From NCBI RefSeq assembly GCF_002113885.1, contig NW_018407955.1:442020-506019 (forward strand): DNA of 64,000 bases. The letters run 5' to 3'. This document shows positions 35,901 to 48,200 of the stretch, in pieces. Made by a program: the position numbers and the translations under genes. The notes under the pieces were generated by a model that saw only the letters and a list, made by a program, of their open reading frames with translations, was not told the origin of the DNA and did not search any database. Source of the DNA: Mizuhopecten yessoensis. Its lineage: Eukaryota. Every line of letters begins with the position of its first letter. The stretch's first letter is position 1.

Positions 35901-35989
35901 AAATTTAAATTATTAAATCATTTAAATTTTAGTATGCGGCCCCTTTCAACAACGAGCTCCCACAAACACATTAAAAGAAGGCCGTACAT

Positions 35990-36090
35990 CAATCTGATTA
36001 AAATCATATGTTACATGGCTTCGTTAACTTCGTACTACGCCTGAACGATGTTCAGGCGGAGCAATGTAACAGATGCTTTTAATCAGATTG
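35990..36090. mobile_element. 101-bp hairpin MITE, Mutator-like (9-bp TSD)
   Basis: CAATCTGATTAAAA...TTTTAATCAGATTG flanked by GCCGTACAT at 35981-35989 and 36091-36099. Confidence 0.85.
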
Positions 36091-36296
36091 GCCGTACATC
36101 TGTAACGTTCCGGGGTCCGTACCCTAGTCACTTCTAAGGATCCCTGTGCTGTAAGCTTAATTATAACTATACTACAGTTGCAAATATATAAAAATATCTG
36201 TTACTACCTTGTAACCAGCATACCTATTACCACGGAATTAGAATAGAGGGAAAGGCAACTGCCTCTTCGGCATATGAAATATGTGCCGTGCACTTG

Positions 36297-39200
36297 ATGT
36301 TGCGAGAAACTACGAGAAAGCGTGAGAATTTACGTGATTCGGGGAAAAAACCCGCCGCTTCAAACATCGAAGAAATTGATTGCCGTTCAGAAGTAACATA
36401 TTTTGGGCTATCTCTACCGTTACATTGTCCGGATTTCAAAGTAAGTGATCTTTGCTAAACTTATGTTTAAATATGATTATGTTTGTTTTNTGTCCAGGAT
36501 AAAAGAAAGACGTTTCTTACCGTAAACATGCGCCTAGACTAAGTTTTAAATTCTTACTGTCATTGAAATAAATAAGCAAACAAATATTTGTTTGAAGTGC
36601 ATTTACATTTACCTGTGCAGTCATTTAAAATAATTCTCTCTTTAAGTACTAAATATATCACAAAGAGACAATTGTTTTTGGCCGATATACATTTTTTTTA
36701 ACAAATGTTAGAACCATTTTTGTTATGCACTGAACTCTGTGTACTCCAAAGGCCCTGCTGTTCCCTTGAACACCTCACCAACCTGTGTTTTTGGGCAACG
36801 TCTCAACCGTTATCAGTCGTTTTCATCACGGGTACGTATCTTTTCTGGTCATATGTCCTAAGTTGAATGCATTTGAAAATTTCACAAAAGTATTCCATGG
36901 AATAATGTATCATGACGGTCTATGAGACTTTTGTTGTAGAAAATTGTATCTGAAACAGTTGCCGAAACTGTCAGGGCTGTCGACGACGGACGAAAAGTGG
37001 AAATTGTTTGGAATGATGGCAAATCGTCGAGGTATGTATATAACATAAACAATCTCGAGGTATGAACAGGTAACACAATGTAGTAATATACAGCTATTAT
37101 TGTTATCTTTTCACAACCTTCATTACTTTTGGTGTCTACATTGATGTTTTGAAACTGATTTTAGACAAGCAATGATAAGATATTAAATATTGCTTCTAAA
37201 TACCATTGCACATTTGAATATTTTATAATACATTTTTGAAAGACGAAAGCAGACAACACAAAAAAATATAGTTTTTTTTCTTAATGACACACACACATAA
37301 AAACATACAGTCATGTATATACATGTAGGTATACTTTGGCACATGTACATACTAGGATAAATTGATGCTTTAACACAAATGCATAATAGTATCATTGACA
37401 TAATTGTGTACATAATGGGATACATTGATACACATGTATAATAATGTACATAAACACGTGTACTTAAAAAGGATACATTGATACACATGTATAATAGTAA
37501 ACATTGACAGATATACAAAATACAGCAAAACACGGTTATAACAAATCCCACTGAATCATTTCGTTATAAAGGTAGTTCGTATTTAGTGTAATGCAAACGT
37601 TTAAGTTATTTAAAAAAAAAAAAAAAAACATCGCTGTATGAATATAATTTATATATATATTTAACAACGTAAACACAACTCATCGGGAGTGATTTTTTTA
37701 TCTCTACATATCTTATTTGCACACTATCCTCACAGCATGGTACATATTTGAACAAGTCTGTTATCGCTTGAAACAACTTGAAACAACGGAAAATCTATAC
37801 CTGTACCGACCACGGCCTCGGGAAAACAAGGCATTTCGTTAGTATTAGCACTCGCGCTAGCGACATTGATTACCGAATCTACTACCTCCTCTCCCTAAAC
37901 CTCCACTTCCTCCACCTCCTCACTGTTAGAAAAAATTGAGTCAATCCTGATCAACCTCAATATCGCACATCTCCGTCGTGTTAATAACTTCATAGTCGAT
38001 ATTGACGAAATCCGCCATGGTGACTTTGATCTCTGCAGCTGCGGTCTCAACTTAACACTTTGAATGTCACCGAAAACATAATATACTGTACTCAGAAGTC
38101 TTATTATATCACGCACAAAGTATAGAAATGTATGTTGGATAATCAACCCAACACTTTCATTATTTTCGAAAACATAACTCACTTTGTTCAGTAGTCGCAC
38201 AAAGCGTATAAAAGCAAGTAGCTGACAGTTGCACCTCGGGGGCCTCTTTGGAACAAGGTCGAGATCACTGCAGTCTGGGATACATATGCATAATAGTATA
38301 AATTTTCACATATGCATAGTTTGTATTGATACATATACATAATAGTATACATTCTCACATAGACACAATAGTGTACATTAACACAAACACATAATAATAT
38401 ACATTAACACAAATACATTATCATATATTTTTAAACATAATAGTTTGCATTGGCAAAAATAAACAAAAGCATACATGACACATATACAATGTACATACTT
38501 CTATACATTGATTCATATGCATAATAGTATACATTGACACATACACATTATAGTATGCATTGACAAAGATAAACAATAGCGTACAATGGCACATATACAT
38601 ACTGATATACAATGACTCATATACATGTAATATTATACAATGATACATATACATAAAAGTATGCAATTATACATATACATAAAAGTATACAATGATACAT
38701 ATACATAAAAGTATACAATGATACATATACATAAAATTATACAATGATACATATACATAAAAGTATACAATGATACATATGCATAATAGTATACAATGAT
38801 ACATATACATAGAAGTATACAATGATACACATACATAAAAGTATACAATGATACATATACATAAAAGTATACAATGATACATATACATAATAGTATACAA
38901 TGATACATATACATAGAAGTATACAATGATACATATACATAAAAGTATACAATGATACATATACATAAAAGTATACAATGATACATATATATAAAAGTAT
39001 ACAATGATACATATATATAATAGTATGCATTGATACAAGTACACGCTTGTGTATACTATAGTATACATTGACACACAGACATAATAACTTACGCTGACAC
39101 AAATTATACATGTGTATTTTTACAAAACTGAATACAGTATAAAGCGAACACGTTTTGTTTATAATGATATCTTGTTAGACTTAGATACTAAGTGGTATAT

Positions 39201-42200
39201 GTTAAACAGGACATACCTGTTAATGTGTAAGGTTGTTACCTTAACAACTTTATTCAAAATGCATTCTATCACCTGATGAAAACGATGTCTGTGTTAATTA
39301 AAAAGAAATCTTCTTCGTTCCTTCTTGAAGTTAATTCTGGGATTACTAAGATTGCATGGCACATCTTATCTTTCCAATCAAAGATACAAAAAAAGTACTT
39401 GCAGATATTTACTGATGTTTAATGAAAAATAAAAAATAAAGCAAATGTACATTTTCTTTCATTTAAATACCCATATCAATATAATGATATGACTATAATA
39501 AAGCTCGTTATTCCAATTCACTAGAACCTGAAACGTTCACCTAAATTTTAAAAAGTAAGTAGCTCATAAGCTTGGTATTATTTCAAATGAAACACAAACA
39601 GTAAAACATGTTTGCTGTGATAACTGGAATAGTTGGTTGAACGTACCTATATTTGCCATCAAATGAATCATATTTTGTCTTTGAGTAAACATATTTTGAA
39701 ATACAGTTCTAATGTTTGGGGACCCGACAAGTTTTCTCCTATATCAGGAAATGATGAATTAAATAAAAGTAACTGTATAGATAATCATGGATCATATTTT
39801 TCCTTCCAGATTCCATGCAGTGTGGCTGAGACATCATTGTCCCTGTCGAGAATGTTATTCCGACGAAATCAGCCAGGTGTTAATAGATATAGACAAACTG
39901 CCGCTTGACATCAAAGTGACGGACGTCACAGTAACAGGTAATATACAACAGTAAAACATAAAATAACAAAGTAACAAACGTCACAGTTACAGGTAATATA
40001 CCACAGTATAACAAAAAATATAAAAGTAACAGACGTCGCAGTAACAGGTCATTTACCACAGTATAACATAAAATAATAAAGTAACGGAAGTCACTTTAAT
40101 AGGTAATATACAACAGTATAACATAAAATAACAAAGTAACAAACGTCACAGTTACAGGTAATATACCACAGTATAACATAAAATAATAACGTCACGGAAG
40201 TCACTTTAATAGGTAATATACAACAGTATAACATAAAAGAGCATCGTAACGAACTTCGCAGTAACATGTAATTTACGACACATCTACATACAATATCAAA
40301 GTAACGGACATCAGAGTAACACGTTATATACAACAGTAATACATTATTACCAAAGTAACGGGAATCACATTTACAGGTAATATACAATAGTATAAAATAA
40401 AACATCAACATAACGGACTTCTCAGTAGCAGACAATATACAACAGTATAACATAAATTATCAAAGTAACGGACGTCACAGTAACAGGTAATATACAACAG
40501 TACTTCATATAATATCAACGTAACGGACGTCACGTTAACAGGTAACATACAACGGAATGATGTGAAATAACGAAGTTATGAACATCTCAGTAACAGACAA
40601 TATACAACAGTATACCATAAAATATTAAAGTAAAGGACGCCACAGTGACAGGTAATACACCACAGTATAACGTAATATAACAAAGTAACGGACGTCACAG
40701 TAACAGGTAATATACCGTAGTATAACGTAAAATAACAAAGTTACGGACGTCACAATAACAGGTAATATACCAAAGTATAACGTAAAATAACAAAGTTACG
40801 GACGTCACAGTGACAGGTAATATACCGTAGTATAACGAAAAATAACAAAGTTACAGGCGTCACAATAACAGGTAATGTACAACGGTATAATGAAACGTCA
40901 AAATACCAAAGTTACGGACGTCACAATAACAGGTAATGTACAACGGTATAACGAAACGTCAAAATACCAAAGTTACGGAAGTCACAATAACAGGTAATGT
41001 ACAACGGTATAACGAAACGTCAAAATNTACAACAGTATAACATAAAAGAGCATCGTAACGAACTTCGCAGTAACATGTAATTTACGACACATCTACATAC
41101 AATATCAAAGTAACGGACATCAGAGTAACACGTTATATACAACAGTAATACATTATTACCAAAGTAACGGGAATCACATTTACAGGTAATATACAATAGT
41201 ATAAAATAAAACATCAACATAACGGACTTCTCAGTAGCAGACAATATACAACAGTATAACATAAATTATCAAAGTAACGGACGTCACAGTAACAGGTAAT
41301 ATACAACAGTACTTCATATAATATCAACGTAACGGACGTCACGTTAACAGGTAACATACAACGGAATGATGTGAAATAACGAAGTTATGAACATCTCAGT
41401 AACAGACAATATACAACAGTATACCATAAAATATTAAAGTAAAGGACGCCACAGTGACAGGTAATACACCACAGTATAACGTAATATAACAAAGTAACGG
41501 ACGTCACAGTAACAGGTAATATACCGTAGTATAACGTAAAATAACAAAGTTACGGACGTCACAATAACAGGTAATATACCAAAGTATAACGTAAAATAAC
41601 AAAGTTACGGACGTCACAGTGACAGGTAATATACCGTAGTATAACGAAAAATAACAAAGTTACAGGCGTCACAATAACAGGTAATGTACAACGGTATAAT
41701 GAAACGTCAAAATACCAAAGTTACGGACGTCACAATAACAGGTAATGTACAACGGTATAACGAAACGTCAAAATACCAAAGTAACGGACGTCACAGTAAC
41801 AGGTAATATACAACGGTATAACGAAAAGTCAAAATACCAAAGTAATGGACGTCACAGTAACAGGTAATATACCACAGTATAACGTTAAATAACAAAGTTA
41901 CGGACGTCACAGTAACAGGTAATGTACAACGGTATAACGAAAAGTCAAAATACCAAAGTAACAGACGTCAAAGTAACATATAAAATACAGCAGTATAATA
42001 TAAAATACCAAAGTAACGGACGTAACAGTAACAGGTAATATACAATAGTATCACATAAAATATCAAAGTAACACTCAATACATCAAAAGCCATACTTTAT
42101 AAATATATTACGCTTTAAAAAGACAATAACATCTCGTATCTTTCCTATTATGGTTTCCCATTGTAAGTGTATTTATGTAGTTTGAAGACAATAAATTGTC

Positions 42201-45200
42201 GAGCCCATACCTATTTACCTTAATTTTCTTTTTCGAATCCATATAAATAAATACAGTTTGATGTTTAAATTGTGGGTGTTATTTAATAAAAACAATAAAT
42301 TCAAATCCTTTTTAGACCAAGGTTAAGCCAAACAAAAAGTCTTGTATTTTTCGGATACGTGTCTGAGAAAGTAAATTTAATTTTTCCTTTGTAAAGGGTT
42401 TATATAAGAGAGTGATCATGACTTAAACAGTGCTTCCTTGAAAATTGTCAAAAGTGGTCTTTTTATCCGTTTCTACATTTTCCCTTTTTCTCTTTTTCCC
42501 CTTTTTTCTCTCTACAAATATCACGAAGGTTTTCGCACGTGTTAAAAGTCCTTTCACATCCTATTACAACCGTAAAAAATGAAAACAATAAAACTTTTGT
42601 TACCATGACAAAAATTAAATTTCAAAAAGAAGTTTCTCCAACTAAGCCATTCTTGGCTCTCGGGATTCTGTTAGGCCCTATTATATAACTGAATACACCT
42701 TTGCAGAAAATGGCAGAGTTCGGATACAGTGGGATGACAATCATGCTGGAGAGTTTAGCTCAGCCTTCCTGAAGAAATATTGTTACTCACAAAACAGTTT
42801 ACAACAGAAGAAAGATTCCATGAAGACGATGTTGTGCAAGGAGGTACTGGTTCTAATTAATTAAATTATTCTCACATCACTAAAATAACAACCGATTTCT
42901 AGATTCTCTCCGGCTTCCTCAACTTGCTGTCCCGTTCACTTCAACCGACATAAAATTGTCGCGTACCTTGACACTGTTTTGGGACTAATATAGTCCGAGT
43001 TTAATTTACTAAGTTTTATGATGGTATTCAGTTCATTTCTTTTTCGTTTGTGACAAACAGAGGGGGTATTAAATCTATATCAAGTCCCTTGTATTCGGAT
43101 ATTTTGTTTCTGATTTGGTATTTAAGTTCAGTACGTGTTTATCAGATAGAATAAACAGAATTGGCGATATCGAGAGGTTCGAATGAAAACTGTGTATCAT
43201 TTTTAGGATAAGTGCACCCGACATCATGTGCGTTCGTGGACTCTTTTGACAAGCTTCATAAACCAAATCTTTCAATTGTATTGGAACGTTATACTGTAAC
43301 GTATACGCACGTGTTCTCACAAAGTTTTCATTTTTTATCTAGTCTGTCAAACCAAGTGTCACGTATGCTGACTGTGAGGCAGATGAGAAGCACGTGTACA
43401 AGTAAGTACTTCATTATATCACTGAACAATACAACCAACAGCAGGGTACATAATCATCTTTAACAACGTGCGTATGCAAGTAAAATTCCTGTTAACATGT
43501 CATGACAGCCATATAACTCTGTAGTTTCGTTTAATAGCTTAAACAGTATTGAACATTTTATAGCCGAAAGGGATAAAATATGTTGTGCATAGGTACATGG
43601 GGTCAAGTTTTTTTGCATCACCTGTAGTGCATCGCTGCATCAAAAAAACAATAGAAGAAAGTCATTTCTTTTGTTTTTAAAAAAAACCTGTTTTTTGTGA
43701 TTGTACTGTTGTTTCGATGCAGCAATACATTTTATACAACGTTAAAAAGACTCAAACAAAGAAAGCAATTACTATGTGCTATTACTGAATATGTTAGATA
43801 ATAGCTCTAATATTTGAAGTTCAACACCAGTAACAACTACCCAGGTGCATAGATATATAACTTAGAAAGGCAACAAAATGTCTACAATCACAAAAAACAG
43901 GGTTTTTTTAAAACAAAAGAAATGATTTTCTTCTATTGTTTTTTTGATGCAGCGATGCACTCCAGGTGATGCAAAAAAACTTGACCCCATGTACCTATGC
44001 ACAACATATGTTATCCCTTTCGGCTATATAATGTTCAATACTGTTTAAGCTATTAAACGAAACTACAGAGTTATATGGCTGTCATGCTGGTTTTATGGCA
44101 TATAGGAGTGTCACAATGTCATGAAGTTGACAACCGGAAGTATACAAGAAAAAGGTGACCAAACAAATGCCCAAATACGTTTTGCTCCTGTGCAAAGCCA
44201 CTCACATGTATTGAAATGTATCAATAGAAAACTTTTTTCAAATGTTAAATACCTAAAGATTTCGTTAATTTAAACATCTGTCTCTGTTCCTAATTAAAAG
44301 TTTCTGTGGCACAGTAACTTATAAGGTTTAAGATGGGATCTACGTAAGAAACACTTGATTTAGTTGTATTAGTCCTTAACATTCTGATCCCCGGTCCTTG
44401 GTCAATGGTAAATTAGATGAGTGATAACAATTATGCAAGGTCATGATAATAAATGGCAAATGATTTTGAATCCACAAAATGTGATGTCTTAAAAATGGTT
44501 ATACTTTTTGTAAATCAAATTATCTTGTGAATTTTTTAAATGAACATATAGAAAATGATATTTTGTATATTTATCAAAATATTTTGTTTATTTATCTATA
44601 TATTCAATTTATGGGTGCTATAGTGAATGGATGATCTGGTTCAAGTATTTGAAATTAAATGTTGACCTACAACTCAAAACAAAAGACATTATTAAAATCT
44701 TATTTAAATATGTTTTAGAATTACGCCAAGTCGTCCTCAATATTTTTTCTTTAACGTAATAGTCCTAATTAGAAGGTGTGTAAGACAAATCTATACTAAT
44801 AAATTGATATCAAATATTTCAAATAGCTCTTGCAAATATTCAAGTGATATAATGTGAGCAAAGATAACACAAAATATTAGTATCTACCTTTAAGTTAAAC
44901 TGAAGTGATAATGTATATGGAGGTTACTTGAATTGGGCACGAGGTTTACCGAGTGTCTTTTACAGTTTGTAATTATCTAACGAGATTTAGATAAACATGA
45001 TAATCAACCATCACGAGTGTGTGGACCTATTTCTCCCACAACGCTAAGATATTATACCTAGAAAACTACATTTTGTATATGCTTCTCTTCGGAATACATT
45101 ATTCCTGTTTCCGATCGGGGAACAATTGCCATGAACTATGACGTCACAATGGACGAAGACTTCACAAAACGTCATAATTAGAATGTTACCAAATGATATC

Positions 45201-48200
45201 ACGGGCAAGGTGTTACTTACTATATCTAATGAGTCATGTGTGAGGAAACCTATATCTAATGAGTCGTGTGTGAGGAAACCTATATCCAATGAGCCGTGTG
45301 TGAGGAAACCTATATCCAATGAGTCATGTGTGAGGAAACCTATACATATATATACATCTTCGCCCTCCTTTGCTTCAGTAATGCATGTTTCTTGCAGGTG
45401 GTTGACAGATGTTAATGAAAATGGCCTAGCAATGGTTAAAGGAGCTCCAGTCACAAATAACCTTTTGACAGAGGTAAAGGCAATGCGCTTAGCATACAGA
45501 TTATCTACAGTGTATGAAACGTTATTCTTGTTATAACATTTTCAGCTGATAAACCATTATTACTTTCCAATAGTAAAGGACAGTAGGTTTTAATGTCAAA
45601 ACTTTGAAATGAACTAAAGTGGAGTAGTCAAACGAAAATGTATAAAGAATTATTGCAAACAATAAGACATTTAAAGAATATAGGCAGTTTTTTTTAATCT
45701 TTGTAAGCGTGTAACCATAATAATTTGTGGAGGGTCATGAACCTCTTACACAACTTACTGTTGAAAGGGATACATACTGTATGTACTACAAAATTTGATT
45801 TAAAAAAGACAGTCAATCAGTATTTGTGGTCCGTATGTTTTAATCATTTGAATTCAGCATCTTTATTGCGATATGCTAAAGTCATCTTAAATCCATTTTG
45901 TGTTTCCATGGATGTCACAAATAAATCATGTTCAGTCAACCAATAGCCAACCATGGAACTTTAAAGTCGAATGATATTATGAAAAATAAGAAGCAAAATA
46001 AGGTTTGCTGTAAGCAACCATCGGAGATACGTTGGTTTGTTCATCCCGTCTCATATTGTGTCTATGTCTGAAGTTGTTTTCATGAAACTTCAACATTGTT
46101 TCTTTTTTATTATTTTTAGTTCATTCCAAAACATATGGCGCCATTGCTTGACAATACGTATGGAAAGGTATGAATAGTTAAAGGTATTTTGCTGTAAAAG
46201 TTCACAAAATTTTACTTGTGGAAATGCTCGCGTTGTGACCTTTTAATCGCGGTGTGGAAATGTTCGCGTTGGCAATAGTCTGAAATTGACCTTTTTATTT
46301 GCGAGTGGATATATTCGCGCTAATTTCTACTCAACGCGAATATTTTACACACTGCGAATATTTCCATAATTAGATCATTACATGAACAATGAAATTTTGC
46401 TAATCAAGCACCCGGTGTTATACGACATATTGGTCAGATTAACTTCTTAAACCTGACGCCCTGTGGAACACGACATATTGGTTAGATTAACTTCTTAAAC
46501 CTGACGCCCTGTGGAACACGACATATTGGTTAGATTAACCTGTCTTATCGGAAGCATTTTGGAACAAAACATATAAGTATGGATGCTGGAATAAATAAGT
46601 CATATTAACCAGGAATCAAGGTTCAAATTATGTTGAAAATTCTTAGGGACTGACTAAGACAGGTTTCAAACTGAAAATTAATAAACACCGAAACTAATGT
46701 GTGAACACTAGTTGATTACACTACTTTGGTTAAATATCCTCTCAATTTACATTTGTTAAACAGAATGGTATTTCAAAAATGAAAACCTTATTTTTGATAG
46801 AGAAAAAAGAATAGGTCTGCTGTATCCCACTGCATGAGTGTAAGCGGTGACTAATTGGAGATTCGGTGGTGCTTTCTTCCTTGTCTTTTATCAAGGGGAC
46901 ATTGAAGAAATCAAGAATAGAGCTGATATATCCCACTGCATGTGGACTGATGTGGGGCAGAATCGAGGGTTTTATTCCGTATCTCCTACGAAGGGGACAT
47001 GGAAAAGACTAAAATTGATCTGCTGCCCCCATTGTAACACTTAGGATCCTTTTCGTTTCCAATCTTTCCTGACTTTTCCTGTCCACGTGTTGTATCAGGC
47101 GGTGTCTCCTTAGTCATCCGTCCTTATATGACCCTGGCTGTTGCGATGACGTTAAACCCCAAACAAACCAAACAAACCAAACAAACCATGAACTCATGAT
47201 ATTTAAAACTACGCGTAAAATCGTTTATGTTTGTAATATGTACCTTAGTGCCAAACAATCCTTATATTTCAATTACATCGGGACCTGAGAGTTCTAATAG
47301 ACACATCTTAATGTCTACCTTTTGTTCGATCGTTTGTGACCGACACACTTTTCTTGATTTGACAGAGGACAACCTGTACAACATGTGGGGTAGGGAACGC
47401 ATCTGATGTCACTTTCGGTTTTTTCGTTCCCGTTTAGGACTCGCACAACTAAATAATTTAGTATATGTTATTACTACGCTTTTGAGCTAAAAGCCTTAAT
47501 ATTTGAAGTTCATTACTAGTGACAACTGTCTAGATTCACAGATACATACCTGACAAAGGCTTCAACAGGCATTTTTTGTTGAGTGTGGTGGCATGTATGA
47601 GCGCTACAGGCGTCTGCTTTTGATAACCGGAAGTGTATAAGCCAAACCGGCAAAGCGAGACAGGAACTGCCCCTGACATTTGACCCCATATCAATCCGCC
47701 ACCATATTATAAAATCTATTAAAACTATAAATTTTCCAAAAGATCAATATCTGTAGATTTCATTTAATTTAAAATATGTCTACAACTACCTATTAAAATT
47801 ACTCAGAGGCACTTTATCTAACCGGAACAAATTTTAGGAAGGGATTACAATCGTAGGAAACATTTGCTTATTGGCTGATTTAGTTGTGTGAGTCCTTTAT
47901 TGACGCTGTGATATGTCTAATCTTGTACAATTGCTAACTTTCAGTTTTTCCTTCGATCGTGGACACTGTGGTACGTCTTTACTTTAACAATCACAATAAC
48001 TTTCGATTTTGTTTCCGTTTGTTTATCTTGCTTGTCATATTGTTTTCAGATTTATGACGTGATTGTGATGGAAGAGCCAACCAATTTGGCATACACGAGA
48101 AATAAGTTACAGTTCCACATGGATTTGCCCTACTATGAGTCAATGCCTGGAATACAGTTTCTTCACTGCCTTAAGTACGAGTTAATTTCTACATTTGCCG

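Noticed and set aside
38421-39111. ORFs rich in Y/C/I/M (also 40091-40453 and 41020-41262)
   Set aside because: These are translations of tandem repeats, not genes
40219-41781. Apparently identical block of about 750 bp repeated at an 809-bp offset inside the satellite (apparent higher-order repeat)
   Set aside because: The second copy starts right after a single N at 41027. This is most likely a contig-overlap assembly artefact, so the true unit count may be about 14 lower.
39912-42071. CRISPR-like array
   Set aside because: Units are contiguous with no unique spacers, there are no cas genes, and the context is a eukaryotic intron
45138-45536. 132-aa ORF with ISNESCVRKP repeats
   Set aside because: Only 45398-45473 is a real exon; the rest is the intronic 30-bp repeat read in frame
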